Virus record (IMG/VR): IMGVR_UViG_3300018481_000005
Span: 1-61,795 of that record
From: a virus
Taxonomy: Duplodnaviria > Caudoviricetes
Length of the DNA: 61,795 bases
Strand: one strand, 5' to 3'
The notes beneath the pieces were generated by a model. It ran no database searches and had not been told where the DNA came from. It was given only the letters and a program-made list of their open reading frames with translations. This document shows, in pieces, positions 9,664 through 18,490 of this stretch (positions are counted from its first letter, which is position 1; each line of letters opens with the position of its first letter). A program made the translations under genes and the position numbers.

Positions 9664-9726
9664 CGATCGTTAGTGTTGCTAACCACTTTCACATCTCCGC
9701 AGGTAGCGTGGAAGAGATCCCTTGCG

Positions 9727-9876
9727 CGTGTGTACGGGTTCAACGGGTCAGGCTGGTTATGAGGAACGACGGACAGGATCATCTCTCTCTGCTCTCTGCC
9801 ATGTGTTGTCGTCTATCACAGGACGCTAGAGCGATCAGGGGACTTGAGCCGTTGAACCCGTGTGCTCGCGTACGCG
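9727..9876. repeat. Inverted-repeat element, copy 1 (candidate replication origin or structured RNA)
   Basis: ACGGGTTCAACGG 9734-9746 pairs with CCGTTGAACCCGT 9849-9861; palindrome CGCGTACGCG at 9867-9876; homologous to 53267-53414. Confidence 0.85.
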
Positions 9877-9887
9877 GGAGAGGATGA

Positions 9888-10544
9888 GTGATGACGTATC
9901 AGTACAGCTTGTCGTCGGAGTTGCAGCGATGGCTAGTGCGGAACGATGCACAGCGGAAGCATGAGAACGATCTGAGGGGAAGGGGACTGATGGCGCCACT
10001 ACCGACAGCACTCGCGGTTGATCCGGGAGGCACGACAGGTCTTGCGTGGGGACCGCTGCTCTTGGGCGCGTCGTCGAGCGTCCTTGATGAGCGACTGATC
10101 GACATGCTCGCGTGGGGACAGATCACGGGGACGGAGGAGCATCAAGCACGGATGATCGTGAAAGGTGCGCTGAAGATCGACGCACGTGTGATCATCGTGG
10201 AGTCGAGTGATCACTTCCTTCTCAAGGCAGGGAGCAACCTGTCGAAGTCGTCGCTGATCCCTGTGCGAATCGGAGCGATGGTGCGAGGCAACCTGGAACT
10301 CTTGCGCCACGATGGGTCCGTCAGGTGGGGAAGTGTCATCTACGAAGAGCAGACTCCGGCGATGACGAAAGGTGTGTTCAGCAAGGCGCGTATGGCGGCG
10401 CTCGGTCTGTCGCTTGGCCACGCTGACCGACACAGCGAAGACGCGCTGAAACACCTGCTGATGTACTTCCGTCGTCTGAAGGAAGGCAAGGTTACGATGC
10501 CACCAGGTGTCGTTGACGAAGCGAAGGAAAGGAGCGACGTGTGA
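9888..10544 (+). CDS. RuvC-like Holliday junction resolvase
   Basis: AVDPGGTTGLA, IIVE and HSEDA catalytic acidic motifs. Confidence 0.85.
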   Translation: MMTYQYSLSSELQRWLVRNDAQRKHENDLRGRGLMAPLPTALAVDPGGTTGLAWGPLLLGASSSVLDERLIDMLAWGQITGTEEHQARMIVKGALKIDARVIIVESSDHFLLKAGSNLSKSSLIPVRIGAMVRGNLELLRHDGSVRWGSVIYEEQTPAMTKGVFSKARMAALGLSLGHADRHSEDALKHLLMYFRRLKEGKVTMPPGVVDEAKERSDV

Positions 10545-10626
10545 ACTTCCTTGCAGACTGTCTGATGCTCGTCATCGTTTGGTTCATCGTGTTCGCAGTG
10601 ATCGTGAAGATCGGGGAGGCATTGAC

Positions 10627-10917
10627 ATGATGGGTGAAGACCCAGGACAAGACGTGACTGACAACCTGCACGACGACTTGGTCAGTAGCATCGCGGCGAC
10701 AGGTGGTTGCACTAGTGCGCGGACCGGGCTGTATCTCGACTATCACGAGTTGGTTCACATCCGGGAGTTGGTCAAGGAAGATCCGGAGACGCCTGAAGAC
10801 TTCCGCATCCTTGACAAGCTGACACCTGTCATCGAGACGTCGGAGGTGTCGCACCGCATCTTCGTGGAGATCGGCACGTGCGTCAAGGACATGGGAGGCA
10901 AGCCTGATGGTCGCTGA
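10627..10917 (+). CDS. Hypothetical protein
   Basis: GGGGAGG RBS; tiles with neighbours. Confidence 0.6.
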   Translation: MMGEDPGQDVTDNLHDDLVSSIAATGGCTSARTGLYLDYHELVHIRELVKEDPETPEDFRILDKLTPVIETSEVSHRIFVEIGTCVKDMGGKPDGR

Positions 10918-11083
10918 GGAGCAGGTCGTGCAGGCGCGTGAGACAGCGACCAAGATGATTCACGACATCATGGCGTCGGACAAGCGCAAGGTCTTTCGTT
11001 CGCTCATGGAGTGCAGCGCGTGTCTGACCGTCGTCAAGCGTGAAGACACGTTCTGTCGGCACTGCGGCAGACGGTTCGAATGA
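10907..11083 (+). CDS. Small zinc-ribbon protein (absent from ORF track)
   Basis: Hand translation MVAEEQ...CSAC...FCRHCGRRFE; GGGAGG RBS. Confidence 0.65.
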   Translation: MVAEEQVVQARETATKMIHDIMASDKRKVFRSLMECSACLTVVKREDTFCRHCGRRFE

Positions 11084-11277
11084 CGGAAGACACGCGACGC
11101 AAGATGCACGGTTGGCTCGCCCTCTTCTTCGCTGCGCAGATCCCACTCGCTGTCGGTCTGTACTTCTACGACCTGCACCTGTTCAACGAGATCGGCATCC
11201 TCTATCTGGTCGTCGTCAGTCAGTGGGCACTTGTCGCGTCGCACTGGGCCGCGAAGGAGGCTGACACGGAGGACTGA
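11080..11277 (+). CDS. Small two-TM membrane protein
   Basis: Two hydrophobic segments; ATGA overlap. Confidence 0.65.
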   Translation: MTEDTRRKMHGWLALFFAAQIPLAVGLYFYDLHLFNEIGILYLVVVSQWALVASHWAAKEADTED

Positions 11278-11509
11278 GCGGATCGCACGCTGACGCAGGT
11301 TGCACGTCGGTCCGGTGTACCCTGCTCTGCGTTGCATGGCGCAGCGATCACAAGGGAGAGACGGCAGACCGAGATGCACGCTGAGGAGGACGGGGACTCG
11401 TGGTTCATCGTTGTCATCGTGTCGTTCACGATCGGGTTTCTGTTCGGCATGGCAGTGGCAGGCTTCTTCGCATGGTGGCTCGTGCAATGGGCGTTGGACG
11501 CGTGACGTC

Positions 11510-11707
11510 ATGGCGGTGAAGTGGTCGGGTCCCACATGGGTCGCCGTGATCCTTGCTGTCGGTGTGTCGGTCGGACTGGTGGAGGCGATCTACTACATCA
11601 CGCGAGACGTCAGCGAGCCGGGAGCCACCGCGCTTGGTGTCATCGTCGGTGCGATCGTTGGTGCGATCAGCACCTATCTGGGACTGCATCGAGAGGATGA
11701 CGAGTAG
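11510..11707 (+). CDS. Small two-TM membrane protein
   Basis: Two hydrophobic helices and acidic tail. Confidence 0.55.
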   Translation: MAVKWSGPTWVAVILAVGVSVGLVEAIYYITRDVSEPGATALGVIVGAIVGAISTYLGLHREDDE

Positions 11708-11716
11708 TTCCCGTCC

Positions 11717-11746
11717 TTGCACTCACTCGCATGACGGACGTAGGAT
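11717..11746 (+). promoter_or_regulatory. SigA-like promoter
   Basis: TTGCAC-N18-TAGGAT in intergenic DNA, followed by a 16-bp leader hairpin (11765-11806, with G-U pairs). Confidence 0.65.
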
Positions 11747-11823
11747 GCACGCGCTGCCATGCACGCGGTGTCGGTGCCTGTCAACTCCGTCAGGCATCGG
11801 CACCGCACAATCGGGAGGGATGA

Positions 11824-11985
11824 ATGGATGAGACAGAAGCGGCACACGTAGTCGCGACAGTGTTGGAACGAGTCATCGAACCGACGGGACCAATCGAGTC
11901 GGTCGAGGATCAAGGTGACGGATGGATCCTTGTCGTCTTCACCAACGGCACCATCTTAAAGGCACAGATGCAGGAGGTGACGTGA
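11824..11985 (+). CDS. Hypothetical protein (53 aa, absent from ORF track)
   Basis: GGGAGGGA RBS; MDETEAAHVV...QEVT; TGATG overlap with next gene. Confidence 0.6.
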   Translation: MDETEAAHVVATVLERVIEPTGPIESVEDQGDGWILVVFTNGTILKAQMQEVT

Positions 11986-12104
11986 TGGACAAGCGCGAGC
12001 AGTTGGTCGAGGCACTGAAGGCGAACGGCATCGACCCCGACTTCGACAAGTGGCGCGACTCGCAGCAACTTGGCGCAGCGGTGCGCGAGGCAGTGTCGTC
12101 ATGA
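11985..12104 (+). CDS. Hypothetical protein
   Basis: GGAGG RBS; MDKREQL... Confidence 0.55.
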   Translation: MDKREQLVEALKANGIDPDFDKWRDSQQLGAAVREAVSS

Positions 12105-12204
12105 TCGCCGACATCATCTCTGCACTGACGCGCGACAACTGGTGGCTCGTCGTACTTGCCATCATCGTCGTGCTGTTCGTCATCATGCTGGTAAGGAGTG
12201 ATCG

Positions 12205-12393
12205 ATGAAGATCGTGAAGAAGAACGAGAGTTGCCAGGTGCTGACCGAGTCCGGTCGGTTCGTCGTGTCGTACCCGACAGAGGTCGAGGCACGTGCGTTC
12301 GTCACCGGCTACAAGACCGCGACGCATGACATCAGCGACCGTGTCTCACTGCGCACGTCGGAGCTGATCAGGGAGATCGGTGGTCCGTCGTGA
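12205..12393 (+). CDS. Hypothetical protein
   Basis: AAGGAG RBS. Confidence 0.6.
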   Translation: MKIVKKNESCQVLTESGRFVVSYPTEVEARAFVTGYKTATHDISDRVSLRTSELIREIGGPS

Positions 12394-12716
12394 ACACCTG
12401 TCCGAACCCGCGTTGCACCATGGAACACAAGTACGAACGCACCGAGATAGAGACGTACGGATGCATGTCATGGTGGCATCAGTTCCTCGAGCTCCCCAAC
12501 ATCTGGCCGGAGAAGGTGCTGCGTCCTGTCAGCGCACAGCCCGACGGCATGGGTCAGCTCGCAGGTGAGATGGAGCCGATGGTCGGCGTTGACGTCGGCG
12601 GGATGAAGCACGTTGACTCGGTTCGCTCCGGTCCGCCTCCGACACGTGCAAGGCGTGCGGAGAAGACCACCGTCATGCCGCCGAACCCTGTGCAGGTGTG
12701 GCTTGACACGGACTGA
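12390..12716 (+). CDS. Hypothetical protein
   Basis: GTGA overlap; N-terminal Cys pair. Confidence 0.5.
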   Translation: MNTCPNPRCTMEHKYERTEIETYGCMSWWHQFLELPNIWPEKVLRPVSAQPDGMGQLAGEMEPMVGVDVGGMKHVDSVRSGPPPTRARRAEKTTVMPPNPVQVWLDTD

Positions 12717-12919
12717 TGAAGCGCAGCGTGAAGCCGAACGTGTCATCAGTCGTGACGCACTGCTCGCGACGGGATGGCAGCTTGAAACGTGTGGCACGTG
12801 CGGAAGCATGGTCATCCTCGGTCACAAGGTGTGGACGCTTGCCTGTGCAGGCGTGCCGCAGTGCAGTTGGACGTGTCTCGCGAAGGCGAGCATGGGATCT
12901 TCGTTATGAAAGGGGAGAC

Positions 12920-13180
12920 GTGCCAGGGAAGCCCGGACCGCACAGTGATCGGAAGCCGTTGTTCGTGGAGTTCGCTCCATGTCAGCGTCAACCCGATCTG
13001 TTCTATGCGAAGGACAAGGATCTCGTCCAGCGGGCGAAAGAGATCTGTCACACCTGTCCGGCGATGATTCGTTGTCGGACACACGCCATGCGTCAACGTG
13101 AACCATATGGCGTTTGGGGTGGGATGTCAGAACGTGATCGTCACCGTGTATGGCGCAGATTGCGTCGGCGCGTAGCGTAA
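12920..13180 (+). CDS. whiB: WhiB-family Fe-S transcription factor
   Basis: Four Cys (C...CHTC...C) and YGVWGGMSERDR motif; GTG start after AAAGGGGAG. Confidence 0.92.
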   Translation: MPGKPGPHSDRKPLFVEFAPCQRQPDLFYAKDKDLVQRAKEICHTCPAMIRCRTHAMRQREPYGVWGGMSERDRHRVWRRLRRRVA

Positions 13181-13227
13181 GATGCACGGCAGACAGGGAG
13201 CCCATTGAGGCCAAGGAGGAATCGGGT

Positions 13228-13470
13228 ATGGCTGCAACTGGTAAGAAGAGCACAGCGAAGCGTTCGGCAGCGAAGAAGACGCCGACGCTGAATCCGCAGC
13301 TTCAGGAGGCGGCGAGCGCAGCACTTGGAGCGTTCGTGCAGGTCGCTTTGGATGGTGATGCGCAACGTCTCCTGATCGCGAAGTCAACAGGTGTCAGGGC
13401 TGGCATCCGTGCAAGCGGAACGCTCGCTGACGGCACCAAGTTCGGTGTGAACATCTCGCAGAGGAAGTGA
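13228..13470 (+). CDS. Hypothetical protein with Lys/Ala-rich N-terminus
   Basis: AAGGAGG RBS; possible -10 TAAGAT at 13178-13183. Confidence 0.7.
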   Translation: MAATGKKSTAKRSAAKKTPTLNPQLQEAASAALGAFVQVALDGDAQRLLIAKSTGVRAGIRASGTLADGTKFGVNISQRK

Positions 13471-13482
13471 AAGGAGTGCAGC

Positions 13483-13806
13483 ATGGCTGAGTGGGTGTAC
13501 GACCCAGAACGATGGGCGGAAACACGACAGGTCCTCATCGCACAGGACCCTGACGGGAAGTGGCGTTGGTGGCGGAACCGCACAGGTCCCGACGCTCGCG
13601 TGGTGTCCTCATGCGTCAGTGGCGGTTTCGATGACGCCAAGTGGTGCTATCGGAACGCCGTCAAGGAGAACGTCGGTCTGAACGTTCCTGTCCCCGATGG
13701 TGTGGAGCCCATGACCGTCGTGGACTCCGACACGGACGGCGATCACGAGGACGAAGTGGAGACGCCGGACGTTCCGGTGACTCCGGAAGTTCCCGAGGAA
13801 GGCTGA
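13483..13806 (+). CDS. Hypothetical protein with acidic tail
   Basis: AAAGGAG RBS. Confidence 0.7.
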   Translation: MAEWVYDPERWAETRQVLIAQDPDGKWRWWRNRTGPDARVVSSCVSGGFDDAKWCYRNAVKENVGLNVPVPDGVEPMTVVDSDTDGDHEDEVETPDVPVTPEVPEEG

Positions 13807-13810
13807 CATC

Positions 13811-14020
13811 ATGGCGAAGCTGAAGGCGTCGGAATTCGAAGGCGATGGTGTCAAGCGTTCCGGCGTCTTCGGTCTCGCCAACGCATGGGAGAAGTTGCGA
13901 TTCACGATGAGGACGGAGCAGGATCCCAACTCTCCTGCCGCTGATCCCGATGCCACACCCGACAAGTTCGAGCATGGTGGAGTCGAGGCGGATACCGATT
14001 GGCGGAACATCCGCGGATAG
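13811..14020 (+). CDS. Hypothetical protein
   Basis: Tiles in operon; GGAAGG RBS. Confidence 0.65.
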   Translation: MAKLKASEFEGDGVKRSGVFGLANAWEKLRFTMRTEQDPNSPAADPDATPDKFEHGGVEADTDWRNIRG

Positions 14021-14029
14021 GAGAGAGGC

Positions 14030-14386
14030 ATGGCACTACTGACGGAGCAGCAAGCGGTCCTTGGAGGTGCGGTCCCGACGTACACCGCTGTCGCAGCGTC
14101 CGACACATGGGCACCTGCAAGCAAGGGAAGCGGTGCTCGCTACCTGATCCACATCAAGAACGCAGGCGCGTCGCCTGACAACGTCAAGATCGACGACCCG
14201 AACTCCGTGCAGCCAGCCGGAGCGACAACGTTCGACCCCGACCTGACGGTGACGGTGACCAACGCGACCGAGAAGATGATCATGATCGACAACATCGACA
14301 GGTTCATCAACGCTGCGACGGGACTCGTGACCATCACTCACTCGTTCCAGACGTCGGTCACGATCGGCATCTTCCGCATCAACTGA
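14030..14386 (+). CDS. Probable small virion structural (decoration-like) protein
   Basis: Thr/Ala/Val-rich beta-type composition; GGAGAGAGG RBS. Confidence 0.6.
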   Translation: MALLTEQQAVLGGAVPTYTAVAASDTWAPASKGSGARYLIHIKNAGASPDNVKIDDPNSVQPAGATTFDPDLTVTVTNATEKMIMIDNIDRFINAATGLVTITHSFQTSVTIGIFRIN

Positions 14387-14389
14387 GCG

Positions 14390-14518
14390 ATGCCGTTTCA
14401 GAGCGAGAAACAGCGACGGTTCCTTTGGGCCAATCACCCGAGGATCGCACGTCGTTGGGCGAACGAAGCGAAGGCACGTCGCAGGAAGCGCACGGCGAGA
14501 CGAAGGAGGAAGCGTTGA
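14390..14518 (+). CDS. Small Arg-rich basic peptide (absent from ORF track)
   Basis: MPFQSEKQRRFLWANHPRIARRWANEAKARRRKRTARRRRKR; fills the gap exactly. Confidence 0.75.
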   Translation: MPFQSEKQRRFLWANHPRIARRWANEAKARRRKRTARRRRKR

Positions 14519-16122
14519 CACCACTGAAGGTTCGCGCGATCGCAGAAGCAGCCGCAGCCATCGTCGGAGGTTGGGAACCAGGTGGTCCGCCAGGAGGAGG
14601 CGGTGTCAACGCTCTCGTCATCGCCAAGAACAACGACATCTTCCAGGCGTATGACGTCGGCGGCATGCAGCACATCCCCGCTGATCATCCGGAGTTGGCG
14701 CACAAGTGCAACGCGGGACTGGCGAACCGTCACGTCACGTCGTTGACACGGTTGGCCTCCGGCGAGATCATGGTCGGCATGGGAACGATCGGTAGTGCGG
14801 CAGGTGCGCAGATCTTCGATCCGGTCACGCACAAGTGGGGTCCGCTGATCAACGGGTCGCGCTTCATCCAGATGATGTCGCAGAACAGCAATCCGACCGA
14901 CGGTGGCTGGCCTCGTTGGGCGGTCGGTCATCGGTACGTGCGCAGCACTGGCGAGCTCTTGTCACTTGACGAAGCGACCAACGAGTTGACCGGAGGAGAG
15001 TTCGGCTTCAGCACTCCGGAAGGTGCAGGCATCACGGTCGTCAAGGAGGACGGGTCGCCACGCAAGATCACTGGGACCGAACGTTGGGCGGTGCGCAACT
15101 TGATCCAGGTGCAAGGTGCATCGAGTCAGGTGCTCGCAGCCGTGTGGTTCGGTGGCATGGTCAACAGTCCCGGCGGTCTGTGGCACGTTGACACGGCGAA
15201 CGACAACATCACGAAGATGTTCGATGGTGATGTTGAAGGCGTCGCGCAGCGCGGTCAGAATATCGTCATCGTGACGAAGACACGCGGCATCCATCGCTCG
15301 TCTGACTTCGGCAAGACGTGGACGGACATCACGGGGAACGCACCGAAGTCCACGTGGTGGCGCTGCGTCAACCTGTTGAAGAACGGCACGATCCTCATCG
15401 GTGGTTGCTTCCCCGTCAACTCGAACTGGACGTGGGCTCGGCTCGCTCCCAACGCCAAGGACTGGGAGAACCTGTCGGCGAACGTTGACAACCGCGATCT
15501 CACGTCGAACCAGTCATTCGTCCCTCCGAACGGTGCGAACCGCATGGGTGGACCTGGCTGCACGATCATCGACACGCAGCACGTGATGTTCAACGGAGAG
15601 CAAGTGCCGACGTGCAGCGGTGCAGGCGGAGTCGCATGGCTCTACCTGGACGGCATGTGTCGTCCGATGGCGTATGGCGGAGGCATCGTCGTGAACAAGG
15701 ATGTCATCGCCACTCCCGACGGTCAGCACGTGTTGCTCGCGATGATGGACCACAAGGTGCAGGTCAGTCACGATGGTGGTCTGACGTGGGACAAGCAGGC
15801 GACGGGTCTCGGTGGTCCGAACGACTTCGGTGCTGTCGGACTGACCGGAAGCACGTTCCTCTCCCGTGGCGATGACGGGTCCAACTGGGAAGCTCCCATC
15901 AGCATGGACCTGCGGTGGAAGTCGTCAAGCAAGGACGCACGTCAGTTCAACCCGTCGTCGCCGCGTGTCGGCGGTTCCGGTGCTGTCGTCACGCTTGACG
16001 GCAAGGACGTGGCGAACGGTGCTCTCGAACGCTTCGGCGTCGCGGACATCAAGAAGCGACATCTGACCGGAGGATACCTCTGGGTCATCGGTCATGGTGC
16101 CATCCGTCTGAAGGTTGACTGA
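14515..16122 (+). CDS. Asp-box (BNR) beta-propeller protein, GH74/sialidase-like
   Basis: SSDFGKTW and SHDGGLTW Asp-boxes; GGGG...DVGG N-terminal motif; TTG start after AAGGAGG. Confidence 0.7.
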   Translation: MTPLKVRAIAEAAAAIVGGWEPGGPPGGGGVNALVIAKNNDIFQAYDVGGMQHIPADHPELAHKCNAGLANRHVTSLTRLASGEIMVGMGTIGSAAGAQIFDPVTHKWGPLINGSRFIQMMSQNSNPTDGGWPRWAVGHRYVRSTGELLSLDEATNELTGGEFGFSTPEGAGITVVKEDGSPRKITGTERWAVRNLIQVQGASSQVLAAVWFGGMVNSPGGLWHVDTANDNITKMFDGDVEGVAQRGQNIVIVTKTRGIHRSSDFGKTWTDITGNAPKSTWWRCVNLLKNGTILIGGCFPVNSNWTWARLAPNAKDWENLSANVDNRDLTSNQSFVPPNGANRMGGPGCTIIDTQHVMFNGEQVPTCSGAGGVAWLYLDGMCRPMAYGGGIVVNKDVIATPDGQHVLLAMMDHKVQVSHDGGLTWDKQATGLGGPNDFGAVGLTGSTFLSRGDDGSNWEAPISMDLRWKSSSKDARQFNPSSPRVGGSGAVVTLDGKDVANGALERFGVADIKKRHLTGGYLWVIGHGAIRLKVD

Positions 16123-16132
16123 AGGAGGTCAC

Positions 16133-16255
16133 ATGGCATTCACGAAGAGGAAGCCGCATCCCGCGATCCTGAAGAAGGTCAAGAAGGCGGGATACAGCGG
16201 TGATCGTGCGATCCGCAAGGCGATCAAGATCGACAAGGTGCGCCGTGGTGGCTGA
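16133..16255 (+). CDS. Small Lys/Arg-rich peptide (absent from ORF track)
   Basis: GAAGGAGG RBS; MAFTKRKPHPAILKKVKKAGYSGDRAIRKAIKIDKVRRGG. Confidence 0.7.
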   Translation: MAFTKRKPHPAILKKVKKAGYSGDRAIRKAIKIDKVRRGG

Positions 16256-16430
16256 GATCGTTGAACGACTCGTTCCTGACAGAGGACAGTCGACGGAAGA
16301 CGCCGACGGCAATCGCATTCCTGCGTCACGACCGACGTATGAGTGTTCGGAATGCGGTAAGGTCGCAGGCGGCGACGACAACTACTGTCGTTGGTGCGGC
16401 AAGAAGTTCAAGGAGAGGAAGGCAACGTGA
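16248..16430 (+). CDS. Zinc-ribbon protein
   Basis: CSECG...YCRWCG. Confidence 0.65.
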   Translation: MAEIVERLVPDRGQSTEDADGNRIPASRPTYECSECGKVAGGDDNYCRWCGKKFKERKAT

Positions 16431-17245
16431 GCGACATCAAGAAACTAACCATCATCGACGATGACGCGTTCAAGGTCGCGATGAAGGATGACAAACAGGA
16501 CAGGGCGATCGGCGACAGGAACTACCTGTATCAGTGCTGCATTCGGGGACGCGGCTTCAATGGTCCGGGACAGGAGTTCCCTGCACAGGCGATCAAGCTT
16601 GGTCGTGAGAAGGCGCGTCAACTTGATCTCGAAGGTCCATTCCACTTCGCTGGTGAACCGAAGCACCAGTACAAGCGTTCGGAAGCGTTCGAGGAAGCCA
16701 CGAAGCGACTCCGACGCATCGGACCGAATCACGACCCGATCGTGTTGCTGTCACACGAGTACGACCGACCAGGACTGGCATGGCGTGCGATCAAGCAGCC
16801 CGACAAGGCTGACGTCGCCGAATGGGTGCGCAACATGGAGATCATCGAAGTGCCGTGTTGTTCGTACGGCTTCGGGAGCATCCCTGGTCTGCCGTGTCCG
16901 ACCAAGGGTGATTGCAGCGGCACCGTGAAGTGGGCTGTGGAACGTGCGACAGGCATCATCCTTCCGCACAGCGCAGCGGAGATGTACAACGACAACCGCA
17001 TCGATCCGATCACCGATCCGGACAACGTCAAGTCAGGTGACTTCATCTTCTACTGGTTCGGCAGTGAACGCCGTCCCGCTGATGACGTCGCTCTGGTCTA
17101 CGGTGATGCACGTTCCGGGATGCAGATCGGAGCACGTCCGTCGGTCAAGCCGGGATACAGTCATGACGGTGTGCAGATCTGGAGCATGGAGGCTCCGGGT
17201 GAAGAGTCACACCGTCTGCGGTTCGGACGATTGAAAGGCGCGTAG
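16427..17245 (+). CDS. NlpC/P60-like cell-wall peptidase, probable endolysin
   Basis: YGFG...GDCSGTV...LPHSA...GDFIFY; the expected catalytic His position reads DDVALVYG. Confidence 0.7.
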   Translation: MSDIKKLTIIDDDAFKVAMKDDKQDRAIGDRNYLYQCCIRGRGFNGPGQEFPAQAIKLGREKARQLDLEGPFHFAGEPKHQYKRSEAFEEATKRLRRIGPNHDPIVLLSHEYDRPGLAWRAIKQPDKADVAEWVRNMEIIEVPCCSYGFGSIPGLPCPTKGDCSGTVKWAVERATGIILPHSAAEMYNDNRIDPITDPDNVKSGDFIFYWFGSERRPADDVALVYGDARSGMQIGARPSVKPGYSHDGVQIWSMEAPGEESHRLRFGRLKGA

Positions 17246-17252
17246 AACTACG

Positions 17253-17960
17253 ATGGCTGAGGTGGTCCGCAAGAAGGTGATCAAGGGGAATCGTCCCCAA
17301 GTGACCAAGAAGGACGGGACGACCTTCCCTGCCAAGGGGAAGAAGGTGAAGGTCAAGGTCCCCAAGGGTCAGCCTCAACGCGGGTCTAGCGTCAGAGCGA
17401 AGCAGAAGGAACGACGCGAAGCCCGCGAAGGCCATCGTGACACATCCAACGACACGCATGACGTCAACCTGTTTGAGTGGGGTGACGGAAGCGGAGAGAT
17501 CCGTGTCGGTCGCACCGTCGTCAAGATGCTCAAGGGTGAAGAAGACGTTGCATCGTGGACGACCGACGAGTTGATCAGAGGCGCACCGATGCACGTTCAG
17601 AAGGTGCCGACGGTCATCCCTGCGATCGTGTACGTCGAACTCGTGAAGCGCATGCAGGCGGAAGCGCAGCACCGATTCGCGGCAGAGCTTGACGTCGCGA
17701 TCGACATGCACATGGCCATCGTCAAGGGCATCGTGACGAAGAAGAACAAGCGAGGCGAGACGATCGCTGTCAACGTGACACCTGTGCAGATGAAGGCGAT
17801 CGAGATGATCTACGACCGAGTCATCGGTAAGCCTGCGGAGACGGTCGTGCTGCATGATGGTGACGCTCCTTGGATGCAGATGATGGCTGAGGGCATCGTT
17901 GGCACGCTTCCCGACACGAACGTTGTCGATGTGGAGGTGGTGGAGGATGCAGATCGATGA
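17253..17960 (+). CDS. Probable terminase small subunit
   Basis: Basic N-terminus, WTTDELIRG and helical ...IYDRVIGKP motif of actinophage TerS-like proteins. Confidence 0.55.
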   Translation: MAEVVRKKVIKGNRPQVTKKDGTTFPAKGKKVKVKVPKGQPQRGSSVRAKQKERREAREGHRDTSNDTHDVNLFEWGDGSGEIRVGRTVVKMLKGEEDVASWTTDELIRGAPMHVQKVPTVIPAIVYVELVKRMQAEAQHRFAAELDVAIDMHMAIVKGIVTKKNKRGETIAVNVTPVQMKAIEMIYDRVIGKPAETVVLHDGDAPWMQMMAEGIVGTLPDTNVVDVEVVEDADR

Positions 17961-18174
17961 AGAGGTCGATCACGCGAACCGCTGCGTCCACCGTCGCATC
18001 GAACTGCTACTCGCGAACATCTGTCAAGGATGCTGCGACCATGCGGTGTACGAAGATGAAGACCAGTTCACCGTTGACATCAGTGCTTTGGCGCCTCCGT
18101 GTCGCACACGAGTCATCAAGCTGACAGGTGTGCTGATGTCCGTCCCTTTGGAGGTGGTCCTTGAAGCCAGGTAG
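17947..18174 (+). CDS. Hypothetical protein
   Basis: GGAGG RBS; Cys-rich. Confidence 0.5.
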   Translation: MQIDEEVDHANRCVHRRIELLLANICQGCCDHAVYEDEDQFTVDISALAPPCRTRVIKLTGVLMSVPLEVVLEAR

Positions 18175-18490
18175 GTACGACATCAAGGTGTATCGCGGTG
18201 CAGCCTTCTCGCTGGGTCCTATCACCTGGCGCGTAGGCGGCACAGGCGGATCGCTAAGGGATCTTGCTGGTGCAACCGCTCAGGCAGTGCTACATCCGAA
18301 CGGCGACGACACTACGGATCTGCTCATGACCGTAGCGATCAGTGGTGTTTCTGACAGCATCATGGTTAGCATGACAGGAGTCGCAACGGCTGCGCTCTTG
18401 TGGGAAGATGGAACGTGGGACCTGACCGTCACTGACAGTGGTGGCGTTCCGTATCGCCTTGTCGAAGGTGGTGTGCAGGTCCGTGGCTGA
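18161..18490 (+). CDS. Minor virion protein (BppU N-terminal-like)
   Basis: YDIKVYRGAAF...WDL...RLVEGGVQV pattern. Confidence 0.6.
   Translation: MKPGRYDIKVYRGAAFSLGPITWRVGGTGGSLRDLAGATAQAVLHPNGDDTTDLLMTVAISGVSDSIMVSMTGVATAALLWEDGTWDLTVTDSGGVPYRLVEGGVQVRG

Noticed and set aside
9727-9876. IR elements as MITEs or IS ends
   Set aside because: No transposase or target-site duplication seen, conserved sequence extends outside the IR, and interiors are diverged; not fully excluded.
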